Part shown: piece after piece, positions 39,101 through 51,000 of the stretch
How positions within the stretch are numbered: the first letter of the stretch is position 1
Layout: the number at the start of each line of letters is the position of its first letter
Assembly: GCA_040954595.2 (NCBI GenBank)
Contig: CM082587.2
Span: forward strand, 8,189,403 to 8,253,402
DNA from: Balanoglossus misakiensis
Taxonomy: Eukaryota > Animalia > Hemichordata
Length of the DNA: 64,000 nt
Direction of reading: 5' to 3'
The notes under the pieces: model-generated
What the model saw: only the letters and a program-made list of their open reading frames with translations
The model's database searches: none
What the model was told of the DNA's origin: nothing
Position numbers and translations under genes: made by a program

Positions 39101-42100
39101 CTTTGCATGAATGTACAAACATAGATTTTAATATATCACTTGGCAACAGCGACAATTTATTAGAAATATATTTTATTTAATAAAGTCTTAGTGGCGGTAT
39201 CTTTTTGCAGTTTAATTCACACAATCTCATCTAATTCAGATTCCCTGATGCTAAATTCCACATTTTTAGTGATATACCCTATGCCAGGTGTCGATATATC
39301 GACCCCTTAGGGACCATTTATAATTTTCACTGTCCTTTGTACAATGTCTTCCGTGCCTACTTATATATAGTACATTAAGACTAGTACATTGTACATTTAA
39401 GACTTTTAAACCATGATTTTGTTTTATATGACAACACTCAAAAACTTGCATTCCTAAAGGAAAATAAGTCTAGAATTCCAGCGAAGTATATAGTCCAAGA
39501 CATTCATTCTGGTTGAAACACACAAAAAGTACCCCCCCCCTCAAAAAAAGTCAAAGTTACCTAGTTTGCACCAATCTGTAATAGTTTATTTTATAATTTC
39601 AATAATTTTGAAAATGTACTCACCTGACTAGTAAAAAGTAAATTTCAGGTCGAGTTGAAATTTCCTTAAACAATTCTAAAAATTCTGCAAATGTAAGAGT
39701 TGGTCTGCCAGTTCCATCTTTGGATTTATTGAGTACAACTTCCTGTAAAAAAAGAACTCAGTTTTATTATAAGAAAAAAGTTTCAGCGGGAAGCAATGTC
39801 ATCATATGAAAAAAGTACATATTGCAAGGTTTCACTGTTGTAGAAACAAAACAGATGGAAGAAGTCATCATTGATGACCTAGTCCCCACTTGATTGATAG
39901 ACAAAGAGAGAAATGAAGGACTTTATGGTTGAAAAAGTCAATCCCCTGGCTCCAAGTATTTGCCTGAACATGTACATTTTAGTGTACTTTACTTGGAGAG
40001 AATTAAATCAATTGAAATAAGTTTGGAAAATAGAAAGTAGTGTACACAAAACTTTGAAGGAGAATTTTACTTACTTTGAATTTCTGTTTAATTCTACAGG
40101 TTGCCACGCCGGTGTTCAATTCTTTCATGAGTCGTATCACTTCAAATTCATCCAGCTGCCCTGTGCTTTCATTATCAGCTTCACCAAATACTTGCTTCAA
40201 CCATCTGCATCAATTGTTAAGGATAACTCACGGCATGAATGGAAACAAAGACTTGACAAAGTACATCTTGGTACCCAGTCAATCAGGGGAGAAAGTTCAG
40301 TGAAATTTTCAGGGAAGACTGTTGTTGACTTTTTTTTCAAATTCTAACAGTTGCCAGGACATTACCTGTATCTTTTAGCAACACAACATGTATGTGTGCA
40401 GTCAGCATTGTTATAAAGCCAAATTTGAATTCAATTCAAGACTCGAATTCATTTGTCAACAATAACAATTTAAGTGTTTTAAATCAAAAATATATATGCT
40501 GATACCTTTCCTTGAAAGTAAAATGATGAACAATTTTTTTCTGTTAAATGCCACCAATCCATACTCATAGAAAGTTGAGAACAGCAAATCTGGGAAATGA
40601 TTTCAAAGACTGTGAGGTGTACAGAAAGAATACATACACATTTCATTGCAAAAGTGTCAGAACCAAATCAGCTTATCTAATAGTGTCGGTGAAATATAAT
40701 TTAAGGTTACAAATAATTGTTTCATTGATTGTCGTTCAATGCTCTGATTAAAATCAATAACAGGGTCTGGGAGTTCAGGAATCTGGCCAATTATCTGATG
40801 TTTTTCACGTTGCAGTTCACAGCTTATCGACTTTGATTTCCTAACTGATCACTGATTGCTTTCCTTGTTTGTGACCATGAGGAGCAAATTGATTGCTGCC
40901 TTGAAGGAGAATTATCCTCTTGTAGACAGAGCAGTGAACACCTGCTGAACATCAATGATGTGGCAAGACAGTTGTATATAAACAGTTGGCAACTTTGAAT
41001 TTCAGTAATCAATGTTTCGGGCAAGAACAGCAGACAAACAACTCTTAGTCCGAGGAACAATTCAAGAGCTTTATGTTGGCAGATAGTGTTTTTTTTGTAG
41101 TCCAGAGAATGTACCATGCTCTGATTGATCTAATTTTCCACAGCAGTCAGATAATAGTGTAAGTAACAGTAAAGAGGTAGCCACAGCCCTCCAGCTAGTC
41201 ATAATGAGACAAACTACAGAAAAAACAAAGCCAACAGCTATAGTTAATTCAATTAGAGTCAAAATTCAGCTAACAAGATTGGTCACAGTGGCAACATGAT
41301 TGGGTGAACCATCGATTATTTCCACGGGGGACATCTGTTCTGAAACCTAGAGACCATCTGACCTCCACTTCCAATAAAATGCGCTTGGTTTCCATGGAAA
41401 TAAATACATTTATACTCCGATATCTGGCAAACTCGCGGTAAACGCATTAAGCAGTGATTCAATGATGCTGGTAATGCAGAAATGACACCGTCAACTCCAG
41501 GCTACCTCTAAATCACATTGAGGTAAAAATGTCCTCTTCCACAAAAAACATCACTTATTTCTGATCAAATGACGATAGCTGTCTCGTCCTGTCTCACACT
41601 GTATATACCCACGATTATCAACGCTTCTTTCGAGCCAATTTGAGATGCAATCTGTTTTCACTTTCCTTCAAGTCCTGCTGTAGCTTATCAAGACTTGATG
41701 TAGATTTAATTGTACAGACAGATCGGTGCCAAAGTTACTTGTACTGTCAAGTTGTAAGGATACCTGTCTCTCATGTCATGTTCTTGTTTGGATTCCAATG
41801 AATCTGATGCTGAAAATGACAGAAAAGGGAGAAAAAACGAGTCAGTAAGAATTTTTGTAATGCTAGGTATGCAGTCACCAGTAAAAGAGTATCATCTAAG
41901 ATGCAATACACCTTGAGTCTGAACAATGTATGTATTGACAATCATACCATCCTTCATTTAAAAAATGCTTCTATACAGCTGCGCTTACTGCAAGTAAAGC
42001 CAATGCAAGATATGATCATTATAATTTGATACAGTATAATACACAAAGTATGCAGTAATTTTTTTGTTATCTTGCATTCTTCTTCCGGAAGCTTTATGTA

Positions 42101-45100
42101 TTGCATGTCATCACATGGATTCCGTCAAATCATGTTATCTCCATTTGCAGATAATCCATCATTGAAATTGCATATGCTCAAATGACATTAATCATAGCGA
42201 CTGTCTCCTGTCTAATAGCCAGTAGTCATTTCCATATTTGATGAGGTTATAAAATACATCAATCAATGCAACAATAGATATAGCCTCAATGACACTGTAC
42301 TTCGACCGTGACATTGCTGCCATGCATAGCATAGCATAGCATACAGATCAAAATGGAATGGTTATACCATACAAATATTTCCACCACAAAATTAATCTTT
42401 ACAGCCCCACCCAGGATACCTGTTGGTCTGTCCCTTATGATGGACATTAGACAACTTTGGTCATGGTCATGGTTGAAATAAGATCTTGCCTATTTAGTAT
42501 GCTAATAAACTTACAGTCGCATTATGATTTTTCCCAAAAAAGTTGCTACAGGACAAGTTCACTTCAATTTGACACCTGAGGTACAATGTATACTGAATAC
42601 TTTTACTAGTATTAAGTTGTCTGAATGAAGACTGACCCCCCCCCAAAAAAAAAAAAACCCCACAACAACAACAACAACAACAACAGAAAACAAACAACAA
42701 CAACCCAACAACAAACAAACCACATGACACATACAGACAGACAGACGAACAAACACTGAGAGACCCTCAGACTTTGTCTGCAGGGACAAATAGATTAATC
42801 ACAATCAGAAATAATGTTTGAAGGTGTTAAGCAATCAAATACGGCTGCTTCCAGCAACTTTGGATTTTTTTTTGCACTTTGTCAAGAATGATTATTCATA
42901 CAAAGAACACTACATGTAGAGCAGCAAAGATATCAATATATGATGAATAAGTGGATTAGAGATTGTTGATAACAGTATGTGAGGGTTTTTGTATCGAACA
43001 TCTGTAATGATTTCTCATCAATACCAAATGTCTTACATTACTTCGAAGTATTGAATGAAACATCCTGTAATTTGCTGTTCAGGATGTACATATTTAGAAG
43101 AAGTAATGTATTCAGATGGATTGGAATAATTCATTTTTTAAATAATGCAGCATTTCATGCAATAATCTTACAAAAAAATCCTTGAGGCGGAAAATGCATA
43201 GTTGGTTGGTGAATTTCAATGCACCTGTCCTTAATGTTTTAAGGTTGATTTATTTGCCGGATTCTTTCAAAATTCAAGCGAAATTTCAGTCAGATCACCT
43301 GCAAGTCTTATCTGCTGTTATACTGACAGTAGCTTCAAGGCCAAGGCTGGATTTCAGACCCTGATCTTTTGCACGGCAGACTAGAATGGTTGCCAAGCAC
43401 AGCAGGGCTGAATTGAGGTCAGCGAGGCTAATGCCTTGGCAGCCATAGCTGGATCCCTTCACTTTGTCGCGCTGCTCTGCATCGCTGTGGGCACATTGAC
43501 TCCCCATGAGCTGCCACTATTTGCATTATACCTTCATGATTTTACTTTCAAACTTACATCGGTCCATTAAGGTAGTACGTGCCTCAGGGACAGACTTTCA
43601 GAAAAATGATAATCCTCCAAACCTTCCAGTACTTTGCTATATTAAAGTGTGCGGGGACGACTTTTTGAAAACATGAAGAAAACTGGGTGTTCACCTTTGT
43701 GTTTTCATGAAAATTACTACATAACATTTTCTCCATGGACTTAACACAGAGATTGGCAGCCATTTTGAATTTGGGACAATTTGACAACATTTTGTTGTCT
43801 TATTAAAAGGCACACATGATTCTACTTTTTTGAATAGCCAGAAGGTTAGAACGAAGTATAATTGAAAAATACTGGTAGGAGTTTTGGATGAAGGTTTGCT
43901 TGCTGAAGATTAGTGAAAGAACTCGGCAAAGTAACGTAGCAATGGCCACTGTGAACCTCACTGGTTGCTACTCATATTGGCACCAAGTATATAAAACTGG
44001 TGATAGGCACAGGATGTCAAAGTTAAAATTCGTTTAAGTACAAGTACAGCTTAGTTCAACTTCTTTCCAGCATACTACATCACTAGCAGCCAAAACACAG
44101 ACTCTGATCAAACGAAGCATTCAAAATTTATCTGATCTGATCGGTTGCATCAAGGTAACCTGAACTACACCATCTTACCCAGCTTTTATCAATCTAATCC
44201 AGTTACAACTTTGATGAAAGGTTTCAGTTGCCCAAAGTAGGGTTTCTGTCAACTGATTACTGAGGACGCCTTAATGTCAGTATTGGAATGGAATGACTAT
44301 TTCTTGACAACCAAAACTGGTGCATTTAGAAAACATACACATTCGCAACTTCTACAAAGCACACAGCAGAATTAGTTAATGTGTTTGTTTATAATTTGCT
44401 CCAGTAGACATGTGTAAACAGCGTAAAAATTTGCCTGTACTTTGCTCCAATAAGCATGCACACGAATAAACAAATCTATCAAAATTCAAAATGTGTTCAT
44501 GAGGGGACAGTTTTGTCCTACGTACTATTTTAATAAAAGTAAGAAGATTGTTTATGTGATAAATATGCTGTATAAATCTGGAACGTTTCAGATTTGAAAC
44601 AGCTTTGCCGGCCAGACTTGAGCTGATGTACGGTAAAGGATTAACACCTCTCTTCAACCCATTGTCTATGGGGCCAAGTGTCAGGGTCTACGCTTCAACA
44701 TTTTGTGTGTGAGGACACAAAGCATCTCAAACCATTTATCTTCTGTCATTACAAATGGCAAACAGTGTCTCTGAAACGTTCTAGTTTTACCCAGTGTGAA
44801 CACGGTGGGTTGTTACAATCCTGTGCTGTAATGCAAATTGATTTACCTGATAAGACAAATGACTAAGACTAGGCAAATATTCAATGTGAACAACACCCTT
44901 GTGAGTAGGGGGAATATTGAGGACTGTGTCTATATGTGGTACCATCAGCTAAGGTATGACAGAATTTTACTCTTCTAGAATAACACATAAAGAGCAATGG
45001 CCTAAACTCTATCAATGACAAATCATCAATCGTGACATATTCTTAACCTTTGCAACACTATAAATTTAGTTCAATCCGATTGCGTTAAACGGTTTGGGTG

Positions 45101-47784
45101 AAACCATATGCAGGGTTATAGGGGTGAAAGGGTTAATTGAATTGAAATTAACTGAAGAAGAGTGTACGTCAGAAAATAACACTTGTTTCTAGGTTTTATT
45201 GATGGCTGTTGGAGTTGGACATTAGCGACGGGTTTACGACCTCACCTTTGTTTCCGATGTTCCCACCGATCAGACAAGTGAGGCCAGTGGTCCAGATGTT
45301 GGCTTCATCCGGCGTGTTGGCCACCAGATCCAAGCTGTCATAGTTCTCTCCATAGATGATGGAGAACGCACAGTCCTCGGAGAATTCACCGGCAATTTCT
45401 TTATTCCTCAGCGTTTCTGTGTTCTTCCCAACTCGTATTTCTTTGATTTGGTCAATAGAAACTGCAGACAAAAAAAAAAAAAAAAAACGGCCGGCCGCAA
45501 AAGCTATTAGCAAAGAATGATATCATCTGCAGCTGTACCAGTTATCGATTCTGGTGCACATTTTCTTTCATATTATTACATTTAATTTTTATATGTTATT
45601 TTAGGATACAATACTTTCACCATGTATTATTTTTTTTCCTTACAGTGAGTTGGCCTGAAAAAACCTGATTACCAAGAATGATGAACGTTGAGTAATGCTT
45701 TGCTTTTATAAACTGTCCACACAACTTTCAACGCCAGCTTGTTGCAGATGAATGTTGATCAATAATTTTTTTCCCAATGACAATAAAACAGATCATGGTA
45801 TTTCTTGTTACAGATGCTAGACTGCCATATATATTCGACTACCATGCAGTGCTACTGGCATGTGGCTATCTGGTAACTCATTTACATATTTCAGAACTTT
45901 GCAAAGGCTCAGAATGCTAAACAGCAAGCTTAATAACATTGTTCATAATGTTGGTATTATATATTGTAGGCATGGTCCTCACCACTATATATAGCTACAT
46001 ATGATGAATTCTTTGAAAGTAATTGGTAAACATCTATGGTGACCTGCTTTTTATACCCAACAGTACATTTATAAATGATAGGATCTTTATATCTCTTATG
46101 CATATTTTTAAGGAAAAAATACTGGTACATCCCTCATTTTAGAGGTAATTTGATAACTTTAGAAAAGAGGTTGTGGTAATAAAATAATATGACAAAAATA
46201 GAATATTGTTGTTCCAAGTTACCACTCTACTAGATGTTCCTAGCAATAACTGGTATGTTTCTTTTTACAAAAATAACTTTCTCAGTTAGATCATTTGACT
46301 AAAGTGGGCATAATGATAACTGAAGCAACCGGAGAAATTGAAAGATTTTGTTGAATTCTACGGTTCATGTGTAGTTTCTTGAGCTTTATAATATTATAAT
46401 TTCTAAAGGCAGCTAGAACACATACAAATCAAGTGCTGGGCAGTGGTCATGGCTATATACTTAGTTGTGTAAAATTGAAGGACAACCATGTACATTGTAC
46501 CAGTAGAAAATGGCAACCTTCGCAGACATGATGGCTCTGATGATATGCAAATTAGGAGTCTATAATGCCTGCCTTACGGTGCACACCACTGCTTTTTTCA
46601 TTTCAAATACATTTTCTCCTCAGTGCAGAACCATGCCTTCCATGTTCAAATGCAGAATGCAATTGCCATTTGCTCTCTGTGAAGCGAATTAAAATGCCCG
46701 GCCAACAAATAAACCGATTTTTGTCCTCAAGGTTTTCACTTAGATCCTTTCTGAATAGATAAAAGTGATGAGTAATAAAAAAGCGCTGCCCATTCAAATG
46801 CCTAAGATGTGCAGAAGAAGCGCGGCAGAAATGGCTGCTTCAGTTTTCTTGGCATGCATGTAGTTAGATAACATGTACAAAGACATTTAGTCAGAGGAAT
46901 GTTGCGGCTGGTAAAATAATTCTCCCTACCTTAAATAGGTTTTAAGCTACCTAAGTGAGTGATGAAAATCTCATATGGTCGACACAATTTCAAGATGGCC
47001 GATTTTTGACATGTTTAAGAAATGGGAGTTCATAAGCTAAAGTGACGATGGGTCATTCTGAAACTTTTTAACAGAAAAAATAACAAAATCTTTTAACGTA
47101 CATCTCAGCTTAATTTGGATGTCACCAAAAGCGAGATTAGAAATTAAAAGTGTGACTATATTCTGATACGACCTTAAATTGATAAACAGTGGGTGACACA
47201 TGGAGGTACAATTTTATTCACTCTTTTGATATTTTGGTATTTCATCTTGATCTAAGATAAAGTCCACATATCCTCCTCTTATGGATCTGACTGTGTGGAG
47301 ATGGAGATATTACATTCTCCCTTGCAAGAGTGGAACCACATCCACCCCCATCCCCCCCCCCCCCACAAATATTTTGGCAAAGGGGACATATCCCCCTTGT
47401 TGATGCCAATTGCCATCCGACCATGATGGAACACTGCCCAGTTATGATTTCTGTTCTAATCCACAGCTTTGATAAAGCTATTAAAGTGTACACTTGTCTG
47501 GGAATTTCAAAGTGACAGAAAATGACTGCATCAAATAAGTCTATCTATTAAAGTCATAACGACTAAGTCTTCTAATTAGGGAAGAGCTTCATATAAGAAT
47601 TAATTTCTTAGTTAGAACAATAGTTCATACTTACTCTTTGCTTTGTTTGGTTTCTTTGATGTTGGGTGCCACCTCAGAGTTGCCAAGTCGTCATCTAGAC
47701 TAAATATTCTGTGATACTGCCTTGACTGCGAGCGGACTTTGATTAACTCGCTGCCGGCCTGCATAAATGTGATACAGTCAGACG
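21123..47784 (-). CDS. PLCL: Phospholipase C-like protein (PLC-L/PRIP; PLCL1/PLCL2 orthologue), 5'-partial, 27 visible coding exons (~992 aa)
   Basis: Exons in transcription order: 47635-47784, 45246-45461, 41764-41809, 40075-40204, 39624-39742, 35401-35464, 35116-35209, 34548-34665, 32605-32690, 31971-32091, 31450-31535, 30596-30678, 30277-30369, 29960-30059, 29339-29518, 28655-28762, 28060-28184, 27481-27565, 26834-26980, 26423-26520, 24347-24448, 23565-23753, 23099-23167, 22596-22685, 22256-22312, 21617-21712, 21123-21251 (last exon less certain). All are GT-AG and phase-consistent (2981 nt). They encode PH ([38 protein letters not shown]), EF-hands, X ([18 protein letters not shown]), Y ([12 protein letters not shown]), C2 ([38 protein letters not shown]) and the PRIP-specific C-terminus ([26 protein letters not shown]). 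Confidence 0.95.
21770..21925. repeat. Fragment of an interspersed repeat family; other pieces at 46918-47010 and 40422-40468
   Basis: Shared 'aattctccc.accttcaataggttttt.gctaccta..ctcata.ggtc..aatttcaagatggccgattttt' and 'atttgaattcaatt..gaattcatttgtcaacaa'. Confidence 0.7.
25588..25752. mobile_element. pogo/Tigger-type MITE (TA-CAGT...ACTG-TA); related elements at 31219-31411 and 34830-35006
   Basis: TACAGTGGAACCTGTCAATAGTGGCC ... GGCCATTAACACAGGCTTGACTGTA. Related elements read TACAGTGAAACCTGTCTAAACC and TACAGTAAAACCAGTCTAAAC...GGTTTTACTGTA. Confidence 0.75.
26140..26362 (+). mobile_element. Interspersed repeat; inverted copy at 32817-33081
   Basis: 'gcttgagctcgtctggtttgtt..atgatacaatttg..ccttacaata.aatgtggc.gtcgaac.tctttcccaacta' occurs in opposite orientations at the two sites. 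This explains the similar spurious ORFs 26129..26377 and 32780..33016. Confidence 0.8.
28271..28416. mobile_element. Small MITE with ~20-bp TIR
   Basis: ATAGACCACTTTGCGGATAG ... CTATCCGTGAAGTGGTCCAT. Confidence 0.65.
32817..33081 (-). mobile_element. Second, more complete copy of the 26140-26362 repeat, with imperfect TIRs
   Basis: Reverse-complement match to 26140-26362. Ends 'ccgttttcacaaagagggcac' and 'gtgcgccctctttataaaaaagg'. Confidence 0.75.
36569..36661. mobile_element. piggyBac-like ~90-bp MITE (TTAA-CCC...GGG-TTAA). Further copies at 18339-18428, 19974-20065, 29172-29264, 38694-38786, 45043-45136, 58182-58263
   Basis: TTAACCCTTTCACCACCATGG..GGACC/GAACC..GGGGTGAAAGGGTTAA. A TTAA target duplication with CCC/GGG ends is the piggyBac signature. 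Confidence 0.85.
36997..38674. mobile_element. Non-autonomous Kolobok-like DNA transposon (~1.7 kb) in a PLCL intron
   Basis: TTAA-GGTAGAGATGTAGG ... GGTACATCTCAACC-TTAA (RR..YY ends, TTAA TSD). Internal ~150-bp direct duplication at 37270-37422 and 37643-37794. No transposase ORF visible. Confidence 0.8.
42661..42750. repeat. (CAA)n/(ACAA)n/(GACA)n simple repeat
   Basis: Seen directly in the sequence. Confidence 0.9.
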
Positions 47785-47847
47785 CTGAAAACAAAGACAC
47801 AATATTTCAGTTAATAAGCATTTGCTGTCACAGAATCTACTGTTGAT

Positions 47848-48050
47848 TACTGTTAAACACTTTATTTTCGCGAGCAATAAATTTTTGCGGAATACGCGAG
47901 AGCCAAAATAGCGTGAAAATAAAAAAGTCTTGAAATTTATTTTTAAGATATTAAACGATGCAGTGAATGAAACAAGAGAACGCGAAAACAGTGGCCTCTC
48001 TCTCGATATCGCCAAAATTTCAACCGGTGAAAATAAAGTGTTTTACAGTA
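47848..48050. mobile_element. TA-flanked MITE, copy of the 17812-18023 family
   Basis: TACTGTTAAACACTTTATTTTCGCGAGC...GAAAATAAAGTGTTTTACAGTA, sharing internal 'acgcgagagccaaaatagcgtgaaaataaaa'. Confidence 0.85.
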
Positions 48051-51000
48051 TTTTGTTGCAGTATCATTTACGATGTTCTGTAGATCGCTATTCTACAGAT
48101 TTTAACATTTCTATAGAATTCAGTAGAAAAGGGATCTAAAACTACATAGAAATCTCTAGACAGCCATGGAAATTCTATAAACGTTAATAGAAATTCATGA
48201 TGCTATAGAACAGATATCTATACAATGTTTTCTGTTCTGGTACGAAACAAACCTGCAGAGCAGATTATGCAAAATTGCAGGAAAGCCTGGACTATTTCAA
48301 GGTCTGTCACTGACAAATGGAACTTTTACTTCTTTGGAATATAACTGTTAATTCAATGACTGCACACATACAACCAATAGATAATGTTAAGTGTTGAGTT
48401 CTAAAATGACTATAATTTTATACAAATGATGTACACTACATGGTTTGGAATGACAAAGAACCCAATTATCTATTATCCTCCAGGTTTCAACATCAGGCAG
48501 CCATGAACTGTTTATGTACAACTCTGCTTAACAAAAATAGTGTCAAAGACACTGTGCTCCCATACGATCACAATCAAATCAATCATCATCCATTAATATA
48601 GCACAGCAGTTAGCAAACAAACAAACTAAGGTAAATATAAAACATCACCTTTTTTTTAACAAAGACAACATTGACATTTCTCACTTGTATTTGGGTCATG
48701 GCAACATTCTAATTCCATAAAGCCTAATCATATACAGGTAGGTTTTGTTTTTATCCATCACGTTGTGTTGATGAGTGGTGTGTCACGGTACGAGGGTGAA
48801 AGAAATCCGATATTGACACTGCAAAGATGACTATTTGAGTTCGATAAGTCAGTGGGACTTAACGCATTACCCTCTTGTCACTGATGATGTCATCTACGCA
48901 TTTCTCAAGACATTACAACCAGTAATCCTATGGCTACACTATACTGTAAGGTTCTGCTCTGAGCTGGCTAACACAGAACAATGTCATTGACAAGATTAAC
49001 AAACATTACTGTCATTTGCAATATTCCAATATTGCAGGAAATTGCAAGGCATCTAGGGTAAAATACAAACAATGTGTACATTTGATCAGTATCGACAGTA
49101 CATTAGGTCATTTGGGTATACCCCAATTCATACTTTCTACCACTATTTATTTTCTTGCTACCTGTCTTAGCTTAATACATGATTTTTCTAACTTTAACAC
49201 AGGTATAAACATGATTTTAAAAAGTAAAGTTGTAAATAACAAAGAGCTCCTTTTACATTTCCAGGAATCTAAACCAGTTTTTATTTGTAGGTACAGGTGA
49301 TATGCATGTACTGCCATGTTGTATCTGTCTCATACATACATACTGCTGCTGTATTGTAATCTGTCTTGGATGTCAATAAATAAGTCCAAGTCAATCACAA
49401 CAGATGCGACACAATTAATCCCGCACTGGCTAATCATATTCGCTGCATAGAATTTCAAAGTGTATTTGTTGGAGACAAATCCTTGTTAATTTTACTGGAG
49501 TTCCCTCAGGCACATAACTGTAGACAGTAGTAATGATACTGTAGTTCCTAAATCATATACATTAAGTTACCATGCTATTTAAGCAAAAAACAAAAAGAAC
49601 AATACCCAGTACCCTTCCCAAATAAAATATTGTAGCTGTTCAAAAGTCTACTCAGCTACTCACGAAAGATGTTTCCATATTTTGAATAGACTTTAAAGTT
49701 TAATGAACACATTTCTTTTTAAAAAATCTGAAAGTGCCAGCTAAAGTTTCCCCAATCTCTTCATGAAAAACATTAAAATTCATGGAAAGTTGACAGAACA
49801 GTGCAATTTCGTGTGACTTGTGAGGGATTAAAGGATTTCAAACTGAACATGAGCCATGGCTGTCAAAGTCATCAGCAAAAACGTGCACAGCCACTAAGCG
49901 TCTTCAAACTCGACACTATTTATAAATTCTTTGAGGGACCTCTCTGCTTTATTCTTTCTCTACATCAGAAGCGATGTGCATGCGCTGACATTTACAACAT
50001 TACAAAAAACGTTTGTGTGAGTGATTACATCAAGAAACCCTTAAAGTTCACCAGTAATCTTCAAGCACCGAATGTATGTATCTTTTGTGACCAAGGAGAC
50101 TGAAGTTGCTGTACGGTGAATTATTTAATGCGGGTGCTAATGGAGTGATGTGCTCGAGTCAATGATGCATAGATGTGAGATAGAAACACTCAACTTTGGC
50201 AAATTTTAAAACATCTACTATGAATCATTCACTTGAGTCAAATTAACCATATCAGAAACTAGTAATAAACTAAAGGATTCCCCTTGATAACCTGTGTAAC
50301 ATGATTTCTGTGTGTCTGAACTCTTCATACATATTCATGTCTGACACATGCGCATGACAGCATAAGCAGAAACTTTCATCATCGCAAACTAAAACATCTA
50401 GTTATTCTGTTTTGTTCGCTGAGAGAATTCAAGGCCTACATATATAAAAAGATATTTTGATTTCAGGAAGTAATGAAAAATAATACCGATATTTTAAGAC
50501 CCCTCATTTTGTTTGGAAAGAACTGAAACAAATAAATATCTCTACTCCAATTTTAAAAAAGCAACAAACCTGAAATAATATCAGGGCCTCATTTTTTTAA
50601 AAATTGTAAACCTTTTTCTCGTATCTGTGAGACCATGTGAATAGCTTTTATGCCATATTGGAGAACGTACAGCACCAATAGAACTGCCTCCCTGAAATTG
50701 TTACAACTGTAATTTTTAATTTGTGTAATTTTGTGCAATTTAATTTTAAGAAGCAGTTTCAGTAAAGGCTGTTCAGGAATTTGTGAAAGAACACATGAAC
50801 AAACATTTGAGCACACAGAGAATTGTGGGTAATTTCAGACACACTGAACAAGGGCTGTACAAAGATATTATCCCCAATAAGTGATATGACAGACTTAATT
50901 TTAGTGTCATATTAATAATACGATAGAAAATAATTCGTGGAAATTGCCTTGCTATAAATTATACTTATAACTGGCATATTTTCCTTACAAATTCGATACA

